Of a DNA stretch of 64,000 nt, positions 36,267-46,361 are shown piece by piece. Numbering within the stretch: position 1 is the stretch's first letter; every line of letters starts with the position of its first letter. The DNA comes from Thalassospira sp. UBA1131. Its GTDB lineage: Bacteria > Pseudomonadota > Alphaproteobacteria > Rhodospirillales > Thalassospiraceae. The position numbers and the translations under genes are program-made. The stretch is taken from positions 21,032 through 85,031 of the forward strand of contig NZ_DCAO01000132.1 of NCBI RefSeq assembly GCF_002311515.1, in the 5' to 3' direction. Under the pieces are notes generated by a model. It ran no database searches. It saw nothing but the letters and a program-made list of their open reading frames with translations, and was not told the origin of the DNA.

Positions 36267-37646
36267 TTAACCGCGCGATCTTTCAATGAAATCCCGCAGA
36301 CGGTACCATCCGGCAACAACCGGAACGAACCACGGCTTGCCGTTATAGAAAGGAACCGGCGTAAACTTGTCGCGGTCAAAGGCGGATGGTTGGTTCTGTT
36401 CACCCAGAATTTTGCGCGCGGTCTGATAGCCAAGATAAGTCATCAGAGCCACGCCGTTACCGTTGCAGCCAACCGCAAAGCTGCTCTGGTCGCGATCACC
36501 AAGATGGGCGATTTTATCTACCGTCATGGCGACCCGGCCGCTCCAAGCGTGGGTGATCTTGGTGCCGCGCAGTTGTGGCCAGATCGTGATCATGCGGGCA
36601 TAAAGGCGTTTGGCTGCGGCCTTGTCCGACATATCAAATGCGCCAGGACGCGACCCGAACAGCAAACGCGTGCCATCCGGTGACGGACGGGTATAGATCA
36701 GATCACGGCGGGTATCCGACACCATGCGCGCATTGGGGATCAGTTCCGCCAGAAGATCGACCGGAAGCGGTTCGGTTGCGATCTGATAGCTTTTGACCGG
36801 CACAACGCGGCGGGCCACACTTGGCGTGGCATCAGCCCCAGTATAGCCGTTTGTGGCAGTGATTACCTGGGTTGCACGGATTTCACCACGCGCGGTTGGA
36901 ACCATTTTCTCGCCGTTATCAAGTTCGCGGATGACACCGGCACGCGCGTGTGAACGCAAGACAACACCAGCTGCCTTAGCACGTTCACGCAATGCTTTGT
37001 GATACATGCCGGGATGAAGTCCACCATAATCATCAACTACCATGCCGCCATGATAGTAATCCGATCCGATGGCTTCGCGTTGATGATCACGATCAAGGAA
37101 GTTAACTTTTACACCGGTCTTTTCGGCAAGCAAGGCGCCATGGTGTTTCAGGATTTCAAAATTCGCACTGGAATGCGCACCAAAGAAGCGCCCGGTTACA
37201 GCCAGACCAGCATCAAGACCTTCGGTGTTGATAAGGGTCTTGAGGTAATCGAAGCTTTCATTGCTTTCACCGATCAGGCGCGACATCAGTTCGGGATCAA
37301 CCCCGGTCAAGGCACCGCCAACGACGAGTTTCTGCCCACTTGATACCATGCCGCCTGATCGGGTCGAGCCCCCTTCGCCGATACGGTCCCCGTCAATCAC
37401 CACCACATCACGCCCGGCACGGGCAAGATGGGTTGCGGCATTCAGGCCGGCATAACCCGATCCAATGACCACCACATCAGCTCGGGTTGGAAGCGGATCC
37501 AAGTTGGTTTCCGGTTCTCCGACTTCCCACCAATATGGCTTTTCCTTAAAGTCTGGGGCATAGATATCGTCAAAACGAGGCATGATGCGTCGGGCAGTTG
37601 CCCGCCTTTCTGTGGATAACAGGGTGGCGTCAGCGCCATCTGGCAC
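36267..37646 (-). CDS. FAD-dependent oxidoreductase (DAO/PuuB-like)
   Basis: GSGYAG, 'GGSTRSGG', 'ATNGYT', 'GCNGNGV'; start may be 37583. Confidence 0.9.
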   Translation of the reverse strand: MPDGADATLLSTERRATARRIMPRFDDIYAPDFKEKPYWWEVGEPETNLDPLPTRADVVVIGSGYAGLNAATHLARAGRDVVVIDGDRIGEGGSTRSGGMVSSGQKLVVGGALTGVDPELMSRLIGESNESFDYLKTLINTEGLDAGLAVTGRFFGAHSSANFEILKHHGALLAEKTGVKVNFLDRDHQREAIGSDYYHGGMVVDDYGGLHPGMYHKALRERAKAAGVVLRSHARAGVIRELDNGEKMVPTARGEIRATQVITATNGYTGADATPSVARRVVPVKSYQIATEPLPVDLLAELIPNARMVSDTRRDLIYTRPSPDGTRLLFGSRPGAFDMSDKAAAKRLYARMITIWPQLRGTKITHAWSGRVAMTVDKIAHLGDRDQSSFAVGCNGNGVALMTYLGYQTARKILGEQNQPSAFDRDKFTPVPFYNGKPWFVPVVAGWYRLRDFIERSRG

Positions 37647-37707
37647 TGCAGATTTCTTGAAAGGATTGCCGGGTCAAAACTTGCCTCAATGACCCGGCTT
37701 TAAGATC

Positions 37708-38454
37708 TTAGAGAACTTGTCCGAGGAACTCGCGCGTGCGTGGGTCTTGCGGGGTGTCGAACAGTTCTGCCGGAGGGGCATTCTCGACAATAAGTCCACG
37801 ATCGGTGAAGCAGACCCGGTCGGCAACCTCGCGGGCGAACTTCATTTCGTGAGTGACGAGAATACAGGTCAGGCCATCATCAACCAGTTCGCGAATGGTC
37901 AGCAGGACCTCTTTGACAGTTTCCGGATCAAGGGCGGCTGTGACTTCGTCAAACAGGATGATTTCCGGCTGCATCGCCAGTGCCCGGGCAATCGCAACAC
38001 GTTGCTGCTGACCACCCGAAAGCATGCCGGGATACGAGTCCGCCTTGTTGCCAAGACGCACCTTTTCGAGCAATTTGCGCGCGCGATCTTCGACCTCGGC
38101 ACGCTCATGGCCCAGCACCTGGATCGGTGCCATCATGATATTCTCAAGGGCCGTCTTGTGCGGGAATAGGTTGTATTGCTGGAACACCATCGAGACTTGG
38201 TGGCGCAAGGGACGCATTTCCTTTTCGGAACGCAGTTCATGCACTCGATGTTTGCCAACACGGATATAACCTTCATCGATCGGAAGCAGGCCATTGATAC
38301 AGCGCAGCACGGTCGACTTTCCCGAACCGGACGGTCCGATGATACAGACAGCTTCACCCTCGTTGACCGAAAGAGAGATGCCCTTGAGAACCTCGAAGTT
38401 ACCAAACGACTTATGGATGTTATCGATCTCGATCAAAGCTTCGGAGCGCTTCAT
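37708..38454 (-). CDS. polar amino-acid ABC ATPase
   Basis: GPSGSGKS, LSGGQQQRV, 'FDEVTAALDPE'. Confidence 0.95.
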   Translation of the reverse strand: MKRSEALIEIDNIHKSFGNFEVLKGISLSVNEGEAVCIIGPSGSGKSTVLRCINGLLPIDEGYIRVGKHRVHELRSEKEMRPLRHQVSMVFQQYNLFPHKTALENIMMAPIQVLGHERAEVEDRARKLLEKVRLGNKADSYPGMLSGGQQQRVAIARALAMQPEIILFDEVTAALDPETVKEVLLTIRELVDDGLTCILVTHEMKFAREVADRVCFTDRGLIVENAPPAELFDTPQDPRTREFLGQVL

Positions 38455-39269
38455 ATGTTGTCACCTTTCACAGCACGTTCCAGCCGGCGCGCGAAGATCG
38501 CGATCGGGTAGCAATAGGCAAAGAACAGGAAGAGAGTTGTAAGATAGAAGTAGACCAGCACGCGTTCGCTCTCCATTGCGAGCGACGTGTTGAGGATCGT
38601 CAGCACGTCCTGAATACCGGTCACGGTTGCCAGTGCTGTTGCAATGGTCAGCAGGGCATAAAGGTTCATCCAGCCCGGGATCATCCGGCGCAATGCTTGT
38701 GGCAGAATGACATGGCGATAGATTTGCGGCGTCGTGTAACCAAGTGCGCGTGCCGCTTCCCACTGGCCGCTATGGATGGACTGAACCGCACCGCGCACGA
38801 CTTCCGAAAGGTTGGCAGCGGTCGGCAACGCAAGACCAATCACCGCTTTGACAAAGGGCGGGAACGGAATGCGCAGGCCAAAGATCTCCACCTGGAACGG
38901 GAGGATGAAGAGCATGGCAAACAGCAAGACAAGCCAGGGCGAGTTGCGCAGGAAGTTCATGATGAAGAACGCCGGCAAACGTAAATAGGGTGATTGGGCA
39001 AGGGTCGAGATACCAAGCAGCGTGCCAAGAACCGTTGCCATGGCCATTGATGCAATTGACAGCAGAATGTTAAGAGCAAAACCGCCCGTGATCGGCCAAC
39101 CATCGCCTTGACCGGTCAGAAGCAGGGGCAAACGCACTAAAACACGTCCCCAATGTTCTGCCCCACCCGCCATGGCATCTACCATAATCCAGCCGGCAAC
39201 CGCAACCAGAACACCGCCGATCACAAGACGTTTTTTGCTGTCGTAGGAAAGTTCAAATGTCATGTTCAT
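38451..39269 (-). CDS. polar amino-acid ABC permease
   Basis: 'SEVVRGAVQSIHSGQWEAARALG', 'ILPQA'. Confidence 0.92.
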   Translation of the reverse strand: MNMTFELSYDSKKRLVIGGVLVAVAGWIMVDAMAGGAEHWGRVLVRLPLLLTGQGDGWPITGGFALNILLSIASMAMATVLGTLLGISTLAQSPYLRLPAFFIMNFLRNSPWLVLLFAMLFILPFQVEIFGLRIPFPPFVKAVIGLALPTAANLSEVVRGAVQSIHSGQWEAARALGYTTPQIYRHVILPQALRRMIPGWMNLYALLTIATALATVTGIQDVLTILNTSLAMESERVLVYFYLTTLFLFFAYCYPIAIFARRLERAVKGDNI

Positions 39270-39982
39270 TGTTCCTTTCCATAGCCGGGCAGTGTCAGGT
39301 AGGCCTCAAGGCGACTCATGCCATAAGACAGGATGGACACCAGAACCACATAGATGATCAGGATGAGAATCATGACCTCGAGCGTTCTGAACGTATCGTT
39401 ATAAATCTGACCTGCGTAATACATCAGCTCCGGCACGGTGATCACCGATGCCTGTGATGTGGTCTTGAACAGGTTGGTCAGAATGTTTGTCAAAGAAGGC
39501 AGGCAAACACGCGAAGCAATCGGTACTTCGATGCGCCAGAAGCGGGCCCAACGGCTATATCCAAGCGACCGCCCGGCTTCCGTGATGGCCTTTGGCATGG
39601 TTTCTAGACCGGACCGGAATGCCTCGATAGCAAGTGCGCCACCAAACAGACTGAGCGAAATGCACGCACAGGCAAAAGCACTGAGCAATGGCATCTTAAG
39701 TCCTGTGACCGGATCGGTTGTTTCCAACCCAAGGGTCGACAGGGTGAAATAGGCAAACAGCATTTGCAGAAGTGGTGGGGTATTGCGGAACACTTCAACA
39801 AAGAGTTCGATCAGGGCATCAAGCCAGAAGACACGTAATGAAAGGCCAAGGGCCCCAAGCATACCGATGAGGATAGCGACGCTCGATGAGAGCGCCGCAA
39901 GTTCCAAGGTATTGATCACACCGGTGACCAGCCAGCTTTGATAGGCCGGGTCGGCGAGCCAGGAATAATCAAGTCCGAACAA
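39266..39982 (-). CDS. polar amino-acid ABC permease
   Basis: 'FRNTPPLLQ', 'EAFRSG...EAGRSLG'; TTG start with GGAG RBS. Confidence 0.9.
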   Translation of the reverse strand: MFGLDYSWLADPAYQSWLVTGVINTLELAALSSSVAILIGMLGALGLSLRVFWLDALIELFVEVFRNTPPLLQMLFAYFTLSTLGLETTDPVTGLKMPLLSAFACACISLSLFGGALAIEAFRSGLETMPKAITEAGRSLGYSRWARFWRIEVPIASRVCLPSLTNILTNLFKTTSQASVITVPELMYYAGQIYNDTFRTLEVMILILIIYVVLVSILSYGMSRLEAYLTLPGYGKEQ

Positions 39983-39998
39983 CTGGCTACTCCGATGC

Positions 39999-40823
39999 TT
40001 AGTTCTGTGCCGCAGCGGCTTTTGCGCGCTCGGCAATATATTCCGAATGCGGCATTCCGAACACGGTTTCCCACTCGATCAGCTTGCCTTCGCCTTCTGC
40101 TTTGACGATCGCCTTGTTGACAGCCTCAGCAAATGCAGCGTCGTCTTCGCGTAAGCCGCCGGCCATAGGCAGATACTCATAAGGGGTGACAGCGATTTTG
40201 TAGTCAGACCAATCAGCTTCCTCGAGTTTCTTCTGGAGGGTCATGTCGTCAAAAACGAAGCCAATGCAGCGATTATCTTTTAGTGCGCGATAGGCGTCTG
40301 GCTGGTTTTTGAAGTTCACAAGATTAATGCCGAACTCTTCGGTCATTTTCTTGTTGTAGTAAGAACCTTGAATGCCGCAGATCGACTGACCTTTGAGCTG
40401 TTCCCAGTTGTCTACGGTTGCTGCTTTGGGCATCAGAACCGACGGACCCGCGGCATTGACATAGTGAACCGTAAAGTCGATGACCTCGTCACGTTGATCC
40501 GTTACGCCAAGGGTTGCGAAAATGACGTCAACACGACCGGCCTCAAGAAACTGAATGCGGTTTGCAGCAACGACAGGAACAAGTTCGATCTTGTCGGGCG
40601 AGCCCAACAGTTCACTTGCGACATATTTTGCAAGTTCGACTTCGAAGCCGACAGTTTCACCGGCATCGTTCAGGTATCCGTAGGGCGGATAATCGTTTTT
40701 TACACCGACGATCAACTTGTCACGTGCGATTACGTCGTCAAGCGTGTCTGCAAAAACTGTGTTGGATGCAACAGCGGATGCGAGGGCTATAGCCGAAACA
40801 GCAAGCTTTCCAAATTTGTTCAT
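39999..40823 (-). CDS. polar amino-acid ABC substrate-binding protein
   Basis: Signal peptide; 'GVKNDYPPYG', 'NRIQFLEAGRVD'. Confidence 0.92.
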   Translation of the reverse strand: MNKFGKLAVSAIALASAVASNTVFADTLDDVIARDKLIVGVKNDYPPYGYLNDAGETVGFEVELAKYVASELLGSPDKIELVPVVAANRIQFLEAGRVDVIFATLGVTDQRDEVIDFTVHYVNAAGPSVLMPKAATVDNWEQLKGQSICGIQGSYYNKKMTEEFGINLVNFKNQPDAYRALKDNRCIGFVFDDMTLQKKLEEADWSDYKIAVTPYEYLPMAGGLREDDAAFAEAVNKAIVKAEGEGKLIEWETVFGMPHSEYIAERAKAAAAQN

Positions 40824-41019
40824 TTTTACTTCCCTGAGAGAGTACACACAAACGTGCGTTTTATTGGTGGCGACAAGTTCCGAGAAGGGTTCCTGCCCAT
40901 CGAAATTAAATCGCTCATTTCGTAATCAGGTTTTTAATGGCGATTTAATTTTGAGCATTGAACCGATGTATTTCTCATAATACAAGGGATGTAGTTTCTA
41001 TTTTTTACAATATGAGAAA

Positions 41020-41787
41020 ATGACTCAAAAAACTGCAGCATCATCCGGGGGGGCCCAACTGCTTGATCGGGCCGTTTTGCTGATCGATTTGATCGCTAAT
41101 GGCAAGGTTGAGGGAGTTTCGCTCAAGGAATTGGTCGAACTTTCCGGTTTAAACACAGCGACATGTCACCGTATTCTCAATACCTTAGTTGGTCACAAGC
41201 TGCTGGCACGTGATGATAAACGTCGAAGCTATAGGCTGGGAGCACGTATGGCTGTTTACGGTGCTCGCGCTGCGCGTGGCCCAGGACTTGTCAGTCGCTG
41301 CGAAATCGCTCTTGCACGGCTACGTCGAGAAACCGGCGATACAACTCACCTGATGGCGCGTTTCAATCACGACTCGGTCTGTCTGGATCGTCGCGATGGC
41401 GAATGTATCGTTCCGACTCTGACCGGTACTATTGGCGGCTCGGTACCGATTGGTGTCGGCCCGGGATCCATTTCCATGCTGGCCTTTCTTGACGAGGACG
41501 AGCAGGACTTCATCATCCGTGCAAATATGGGGCGCTATGCTCCCTACAAAAACCTGACGCGGGAAAAAATTCGTGACCTGATCGCTGGAACCAGAGAGCG
41601 CGGTTATGCCATTGATGACGGCGAATTGATCCCCGGGATCGCCGGGGTGGCCATGCCAATCATGCAAGATGGAGAGAAGCCGACTGCGTCGCTCGGTTTC
41701 ACTTTGCTCTGTGCCAAAATGAGTCCAGGCATGTTTGAGCATTATGCGGCATTGCTGCAGAAGGAAATTGCAGCAATTACCGCATAG
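41020..41787 (+). CDS. IclR-family regulator
   Basis: 'LDRAV...SGLNTATCHRIL', 'RERGYAIDDGELIPG'. Confidence 0.92.
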   Translation: MTQKTAASSGGAQLLDRAVLLIDLIANGKVEGVSLKELVELSGLNTATCHRILNTLVGHKLLARDDKRRSYRLGARMAVYGARAARGPGLVSRCEIALARLRRETGDTTHLMARFNHDSVCLDRRDGECIVPTLTGTIGGSVPIGVGPGSISMLAFLDEDEQDFIIRANMGRYAPYKNLTREKIRDLIAGTRERGYAIDDGELIPGIAGVAMPIMQDGEKPTASLGFTLLCAKMSPGMFEHYAALLQKEIAAITA

Positions 41788-41795
41788 GCGTCACC

Positions 41796-42503
41796 CTAAT
41801 AGGAATCGTCAAGAGAGCAGTTCATCCATAGCTCTGAAACACTGGCGCTGTTTGGCAGGTTTATGACGTGGAAGATAGATTCAGCCACGTCGCCTGCTGT
41901 TGTCAGCCCATCCGGATTTCCGCCAGCAAGCGGTGTGCCCATATCGGTTGCGACAAATCCTGGACACAGGGCTGTGGTACGTACACCCTGCTCAAACCCG
42001 GCGTGACGAAAGGCATGGCTAAGGCCAAGGGCCGCATACTTGGAAACTGAATAGGCACCGGAAATCGCTGATTTCACCCGCTTCCCTGACAGAGAAGAAA
42101 CAATCACAACCCGACCGCGACCCTTCTCAAGCAGGGAGTTCCAGCAGGCCTGAACCAGTCGGCGTGGGCCGTTAACGTTGACATCGATCAGGGAATCAAA
42201 TTCTGCGTCGGTAACATCAACCGCGCTTTTACGTACCATGATGCCAGCGTTGGCGACCACGGCATCAATACCGCCAAACTGTTCTCGCGCGGCTTTCACC
42301 CATTCCTTTGGGGCTTCACTGTCAGTCGCGTCATATGCAAAGACCTGTAGTTTTGCAGGATCAACCGTCCCAGCCCAATCGGGCATAGTAGGCTTGCGCA
42401 TACCCATGGAAACATTCCAGCCAGCCTTGGCAAACGTGCGGGCTACTTCGTTGCCGATACCGCGGTTGGCACCGGAAATCAGAATGGTTTTTGTTTCAGA
42501 CAT
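41796..42503 (-). CDS. short-chain dehydrogenase/reductase
   Basis: SGANRGIG, ANAG, YSVSK, CPGFVATD. Confidence 0.92.
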   Translation of the reverse strand: MSETKTILISGANRGIGNEVARTFAKAGWNVSMGMRKPTMPDWAGTVDPAKLQVFAYDATDSEAPKEWVKAAREQFGGIDAVVANAGIMVRKSAVDVTDAEFDSLIDVNVNGPRRLVQACWNSLLEKGRGRVVIVSSLSGKRVKSAISGAYSVSKYAALGLSHAFRHAGFEQGVRTTALCPGFVATDMGTPLAGGNPDGLTTAGDVAESIFHVINLPNSASVSELWMNCSLDDSY

Positions 42504-42523
42504 AAAATTCAAACCTGTTTTTG

Positions 42524-43846
42524 TTAGGCATGTGGTGGAAGTTCGACACCTTCGCGGCGGGCCGCACGGGCTTCCTGAAAACGGAAATAGCGCAAACGCA
42601 TTTTGGGTGCGAAAGACATAAAGAAAGGTGCCTTGTGTAATGGCTCGACCTTGAGATCGAGATCGCTTTCGGGTTTACCCATTGCCCAGTCCGATAATAT
42701 CCCCCCCAGCATCGATCCGGTCGGTACACCACGCCCGGAAAGCCCGGTACAGGCAACCACACCAGGTGCCAGGTCATAAAGCCGTGGAATGGTTTTCATC
42801 TGCATATCCAGCTCGCCGAACCAGAAATATTCCCAGCGGATATCCTCGGAAATTTGTGGATGCAGGAATTTAAGGCGATCTGTCATCACCCGTCTTGTAT
42901 AGGTCGGATCAGCCCCGCGACGTCCCATCGGGAACATCGAAGCGACGATGCGGCCTTCGTGATTGTATTTGTAAACGTAAATATCGCCGCGCCCGTCATG
43001 CATCGTTGTGTTGTGCGGCAGGACTTTCTTGCGGGTCTCGGGATCAAGCGGTTGGGTTGCGGCAACAAAGACCTTCATGATCTTGAAACTCTGATCAAGC
43101 CCTTTCCAGCCATCGATGGTATAGGCTCCGGTGGTAAAGATCACCTTGTCCGCCAATACCTCACCCGTTTGCGTTTTGACTTCCCATTTGCCTTGCGAGG
43201 GTACGACATTTGAAACCGGCGATCCGGTATAGATTTCGCCCCCTTCAGCCAGCACCGCCCGCGCCAGACCACGCGAATAGGAAAGTGGGTTCATATGCCC
43301 GCCCTCGGCGTGATACCAGCCACCATAGAAGCGCGGGCTTCCGGTTAATTGTCCGACTTCATCGGAATCGATCATCCGGCATTTTGCGCCCGCCTCGACA
43401 TAGCTATCCGATTTGACCTTAAGCTTAGATAACGCGCCGGGGCGCAACGCCCCCATGACATAGCCATTCTGAACCCAGTCGCATTTGATGTCATATCGCG
43501 TGATCATATCCTTGACGCGCTCATTCGCACCAAGCTGACGTGCAATCAACCGTTCCGCCCAAGGCGCACCAAGCATTTTGTGTAAGGATGGCAAGCTGTA
43601 ATAGCTAAAGGTCGGCGTGCAATGACCGGCATTGCGCCCAGACCCGCCAAACCCAGCTTCTTGTGCTTCGACCAGAACCACGCGAACGCCCTGCTTAGCC
43701 AGTTCAAGGGCGGTCGTCAGTCCGGTAAATCCAGCGCCGACGACACAAACATCGGCCTGTTTGCGTCCGACAAGTGTGGTTGTTTCAGGGGCGGGCGCCG
43801 CAGTCACATACCACAGCGTTGTCTCAAAAGGGGAAAACTTGCTCAT
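42524..43846 (-). CDS. FAD-dependent oxidoreductase (DAO family)
   Basis: GAGFTG, 'GGSGRNAG', 'GLSGRGV'. Confidence 0.9.
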   Translation of the reverse strand: MSKFSPFETTLWYVTAAPAPETTTLVGRKQADVCVVGAGFTGLTTALELAKQGVRVVLVEAQEAGFGGSGRNAGHCTPTFSYYSLPSLHKMLGAPWAERLIARQLGANERVKDMITRYDIKCDWVQNGYVMGALRPGALSKLKVKSDSYVEAGAKCRMIDSDEVGQLTGSPRFYGGWYHAEGGHMNPLSYSRGLARAVLAEGGEIYTGSPVSNVVPSQGKWEVKTQTGEVLADKVIFTTGAYTIDGWKGLDQSFKIMKVFVAATQPLDPETRKKVLPHNTTMHDGRGDIYVYKYNHEGRIVASMFPMGRRGADPTYTRRVMTDRLKFLHPQISEDIRWEYFWFGELDMQMKTIPRLYDLAPGVVACTGLSGRGVPTGSMLGGILSDWAMGKPESDLDLKVEPLHKAPFFMSFAPKMRLRYFRFQEARAARREGVELPPHA

Positions 43847-44383
43847 GGAGGTTTCCTGTCAAAATAGCCGCATCGGCGAACGCAAAACAACTGAAACTGT
43901 GCCGATGGGGGCGTGGATAGATCACGGTGACACGTGCTTCCAAGGCATGACAGAAGAGCAAGGTATGTTCTATCTGTGTTTTTATAATATGATAAGTTTA
44001 TCTAAAAATTCCATAATGTGCTTAAGTGAAAGCTGGTCTTATGATCAAGGGAAGCACCCATTTATCTGCTTGGTAGTCGTTTGTTTTCGCTATACCGCGT
44101 CATTCTCTTTTTCTTGCGAAGTGATGTCGATTTTGAGACAGATAAAATGCTCAGGGGAAACGTTCGAAGATACATGCTTTGAAAAAAGTCATCCCCGATT
44201 GCTATCACTTGGTGCGGCTTGATTGGGTGCCATCGTCTTGCATGGTGATCGGCGCACTGATGGTGTTCAAATGCCGCATATCAATCGCTTGCGGCTCTGA
44301 GTTTATTCAGATCCGCGCATCAGATATAGCTGCTCAAATTATCATAATCCGCTTTATGAGTTACGGATATTCTCTAATTTTCC

Positions 44384-45313
44384 TTATGAATGTTTAGCAG
44401 TTACCAATTTAGGAAGCTCCACAATCGCGCCCCTTTTTTGAATGACATGTCCTGCGACGTTCTGAGCAAGGGAAATGGCATCATCAAGGCTTTTGCCGGA
44501 GAATTTTGCGTAGATGAAACCGGCGTTAAATGAATCGCCTGCTCCAGTCGTGTCGATTGGTTTGATTTTTTGCGGTGCGAAACGTGTTTCAGCAGTTTCC
44601 AAAGCCCGATGTATGATTTCTGAATCAGCGTTCTTTACGACAACTTCCTCGCATCCCAGCGCAAGGTAACGGTGCGCGGTGTCAGAAGGCGAGGGATCAC
44701 CAAACGCGTCCTGCTCATCTGAAAAGCTAGGCATGACGAGGTTTGATAGAGCGGCTGCACGCTCAACCGTCTCACACATCTCATTCTGTGTTTTCCAGAG
44801 CTTTGGGCGGAGGTTCGGGTCAAAAATAACCTGCTGGCCGTTTTTGCGGGCGTTTCCGATGAGGCGAAGGAAAGTTTCGCGGTCTTTTGGCGGAAGTATC
44901 GCAAGGGTTATTCCCGAGAAGTAAATCACATCCTGCTCGGTCATGACCTGCTGCAAAATATCAGGATCAGTAGCAAGCAGTCTTGCCGCCGAGTTTTCAC
45001 GCCAATAAGAGAAACTCCTTTCGCCATCTTGCAAATGGATTGCATAGAGGCCGGGCTGACGGTTCGCGATCCTGACGATGTGATCCACCGCAAATCCTGC
45101 ACGTTGCAAGAATGCATGCATCTCGTCAGAAAGGCGATCTTGGCCAAGTGCTGTAAAATACTCGACGTCCCATGTTTCTTCGAACAATTGCCGGAGATAC
45201 CAAGCAGTGTTCATGGTATCTCCGGCGAAACCCTGTTGCCAAAGGCCTGTTTCAGCAGGAGAAAGTTCGACCATGCATTCGCCGATGCAAAGCACTTTGT
45301 TTGAGGTTTTCAT
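44384..45313 (-). CDS. kdgK: 2-keto-3-deoxygluconate kinase (PfkB)
   Basis: 'IGECMVEL', 'GDTMNTAWY', 'FDPNLRPKLW', 'DTTGAGDSFNAG'. Confidence 0.88.
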   Translation of the reverse strand: MKTSNKVLCIGECMVELSPAETGLWQQGFAGDTMNTAWYLRQLFEETWDVEYFTALGQDRLSDEMHAFLQRAGFAVDHIVRIANRQPGLYAIHLQDGERSFSYWRENSAARLLATDPDILQQVMTEQDVIYFSGITLAILPPKDRETFLRLIGNARKNGQQVIFDPNLRPKLWKTQNEMCETVERAAALSNLVMPSFSDEQDAFGDPSPSDTAHRYLALGCEEVVVKNADSEIIHRALETAETRFAPQKIKPIDTTGAGDSFNAGFIYAKFSGKSLDDAISLAQNVAGHVIQKRGAIVELPKLVTAKHS

Positions 45314-46350
45314 CAGCTGAAATCCAATTGTACTTTCATGGATTGGCTGCGATCCGATGCAAGGTCAAAGGCCTTTTGCGCGTCCCGGAAGGGGAGCACC
45401 GAACTGATGATCGGCGAAACATCAATCACCTTGCGGTCAATCAGTTCTGCGGCCTGGGCAAATTCCGCATCAAAGCGGAAGCTTCCGATCATTCTGACTT
45501 CTTTGGTGACTGCAAGACTAAGCGGCAGTTCGCCGTTGCCGCCAAGCCCGACCGAGATGATCGTGCCACCTGGTTTTACCACGTCGAAGGCCTTGGCAAG
45601 TGCCTGCGGACTGCCGGAGCACTCGAACACAACATCCTGAGTGCCCTTGTTCATGCCAAGCGTTTTAAAGTCATCGGCGTTCTGGGTGACATCAATGCAG
45701 CTATTTGCACCTGCCTGTTGGGCGATATCCAAGGCCGCCCGTGACAGGTCCGTCGCTGTAATCCAGTGCGCTCCGGAATGGGCAGCGGCCAAAATGGTCA
45801 GGCAACCGATAGGGCCGCAGCCGGAAACGAGGACTTTTTTCCCCGACAGCGCCCCGGCCTGATGCACAGCATGCAAGCAGACGGCCAACGGTTCGCTGCA
45901 GGCGGCGTGTTCCATGTTGATGTCCGGGGACAGTTTGACCAACTGTTCTGCGGGCAGGTTGATCTGCTGGCGGAACAGGCCCTGTTGATGGGGAAAGCGC
46001 ATTGCGCTGCCAAAGAAACGCATGTCCGTGCATTGATTGCGCATATTTGCGCGGCAATACTGGCATTCGTTGCAGGGCATGGAGGGGTTGACCGCGACCT
46101 TGTCATTTACAAAGAGGTCAGTGACGTTTTGGCCAATGGCAACGATCTTGCCAGCGACTTCATGCCCCAACGTCATGGGTTCGCGGATTTTAACCGTCCC
46201 AAAACCGCCATTATGGTAGTAATGCAGGTCCGAACCGCAAATGCCGCCCTTGTCAATCTGGACGGTGACCATGCCCGGTTGCGGTGCACCGGGCTGATCG
46301 ATCGGGTCCACCCGCAGATCATGGGGTGAGTGTATGACAACAGAGTACAT
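45313..46350 (-). CDS. idnD: L-idonate 5-dehydrogenase (Zn-MDR)
   Basis: 'GICGSDLHYY', GHE, 'MRFFGSAMRFPH', 'GSFRF'; adjacent to gluconate 5-dehydrogenase. Confidence 0.82.
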   Translation of the reverse strand: MYSVVIHSPHDLRVDPIDQPGAPQPGMVTVQIDKGGICGSDLHYYHNGGFGTVKIREPMTLGHEVAGKIVAIGQNVTDLFVNDKVAVNPSMPCNECQYCRANMRNQCTDMRFFGSAMRFPHQQGLFRQQINLPAEQLVKLSPDINMEHAACSEPLAVCLHAVHQAGALSGKKVLVSGCGPIGCLTILAAAHSGAHWITATDLSRAALDIAQQAGANSCIDVTQNADDFKTLGMNKGTQDVVFECSGSPQALAKAFDVVKPGGTIISVGLGGNGELPLSLAVTKEVRMIGSFRFDAEFAQAAELIDRKVIDVSPIISSVLPFRDAQKAFDLASDRSQSMKVQLDFS

Positions 46351-46361
46351 GTAAGATCACC

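Noticed and set aside
44118-44147. Possible fifth end remnant 'gaagtgatgtcgattttgagaca'
   Set aside because: Alignment needs gaps and lacks the ACA terminus; not distinguishable from chance
43632-44397. ORFs in the AT-rich gap between modules 5 and 6
   Set aside because: No RBS or family motifs; more likely promoter or junction DNA
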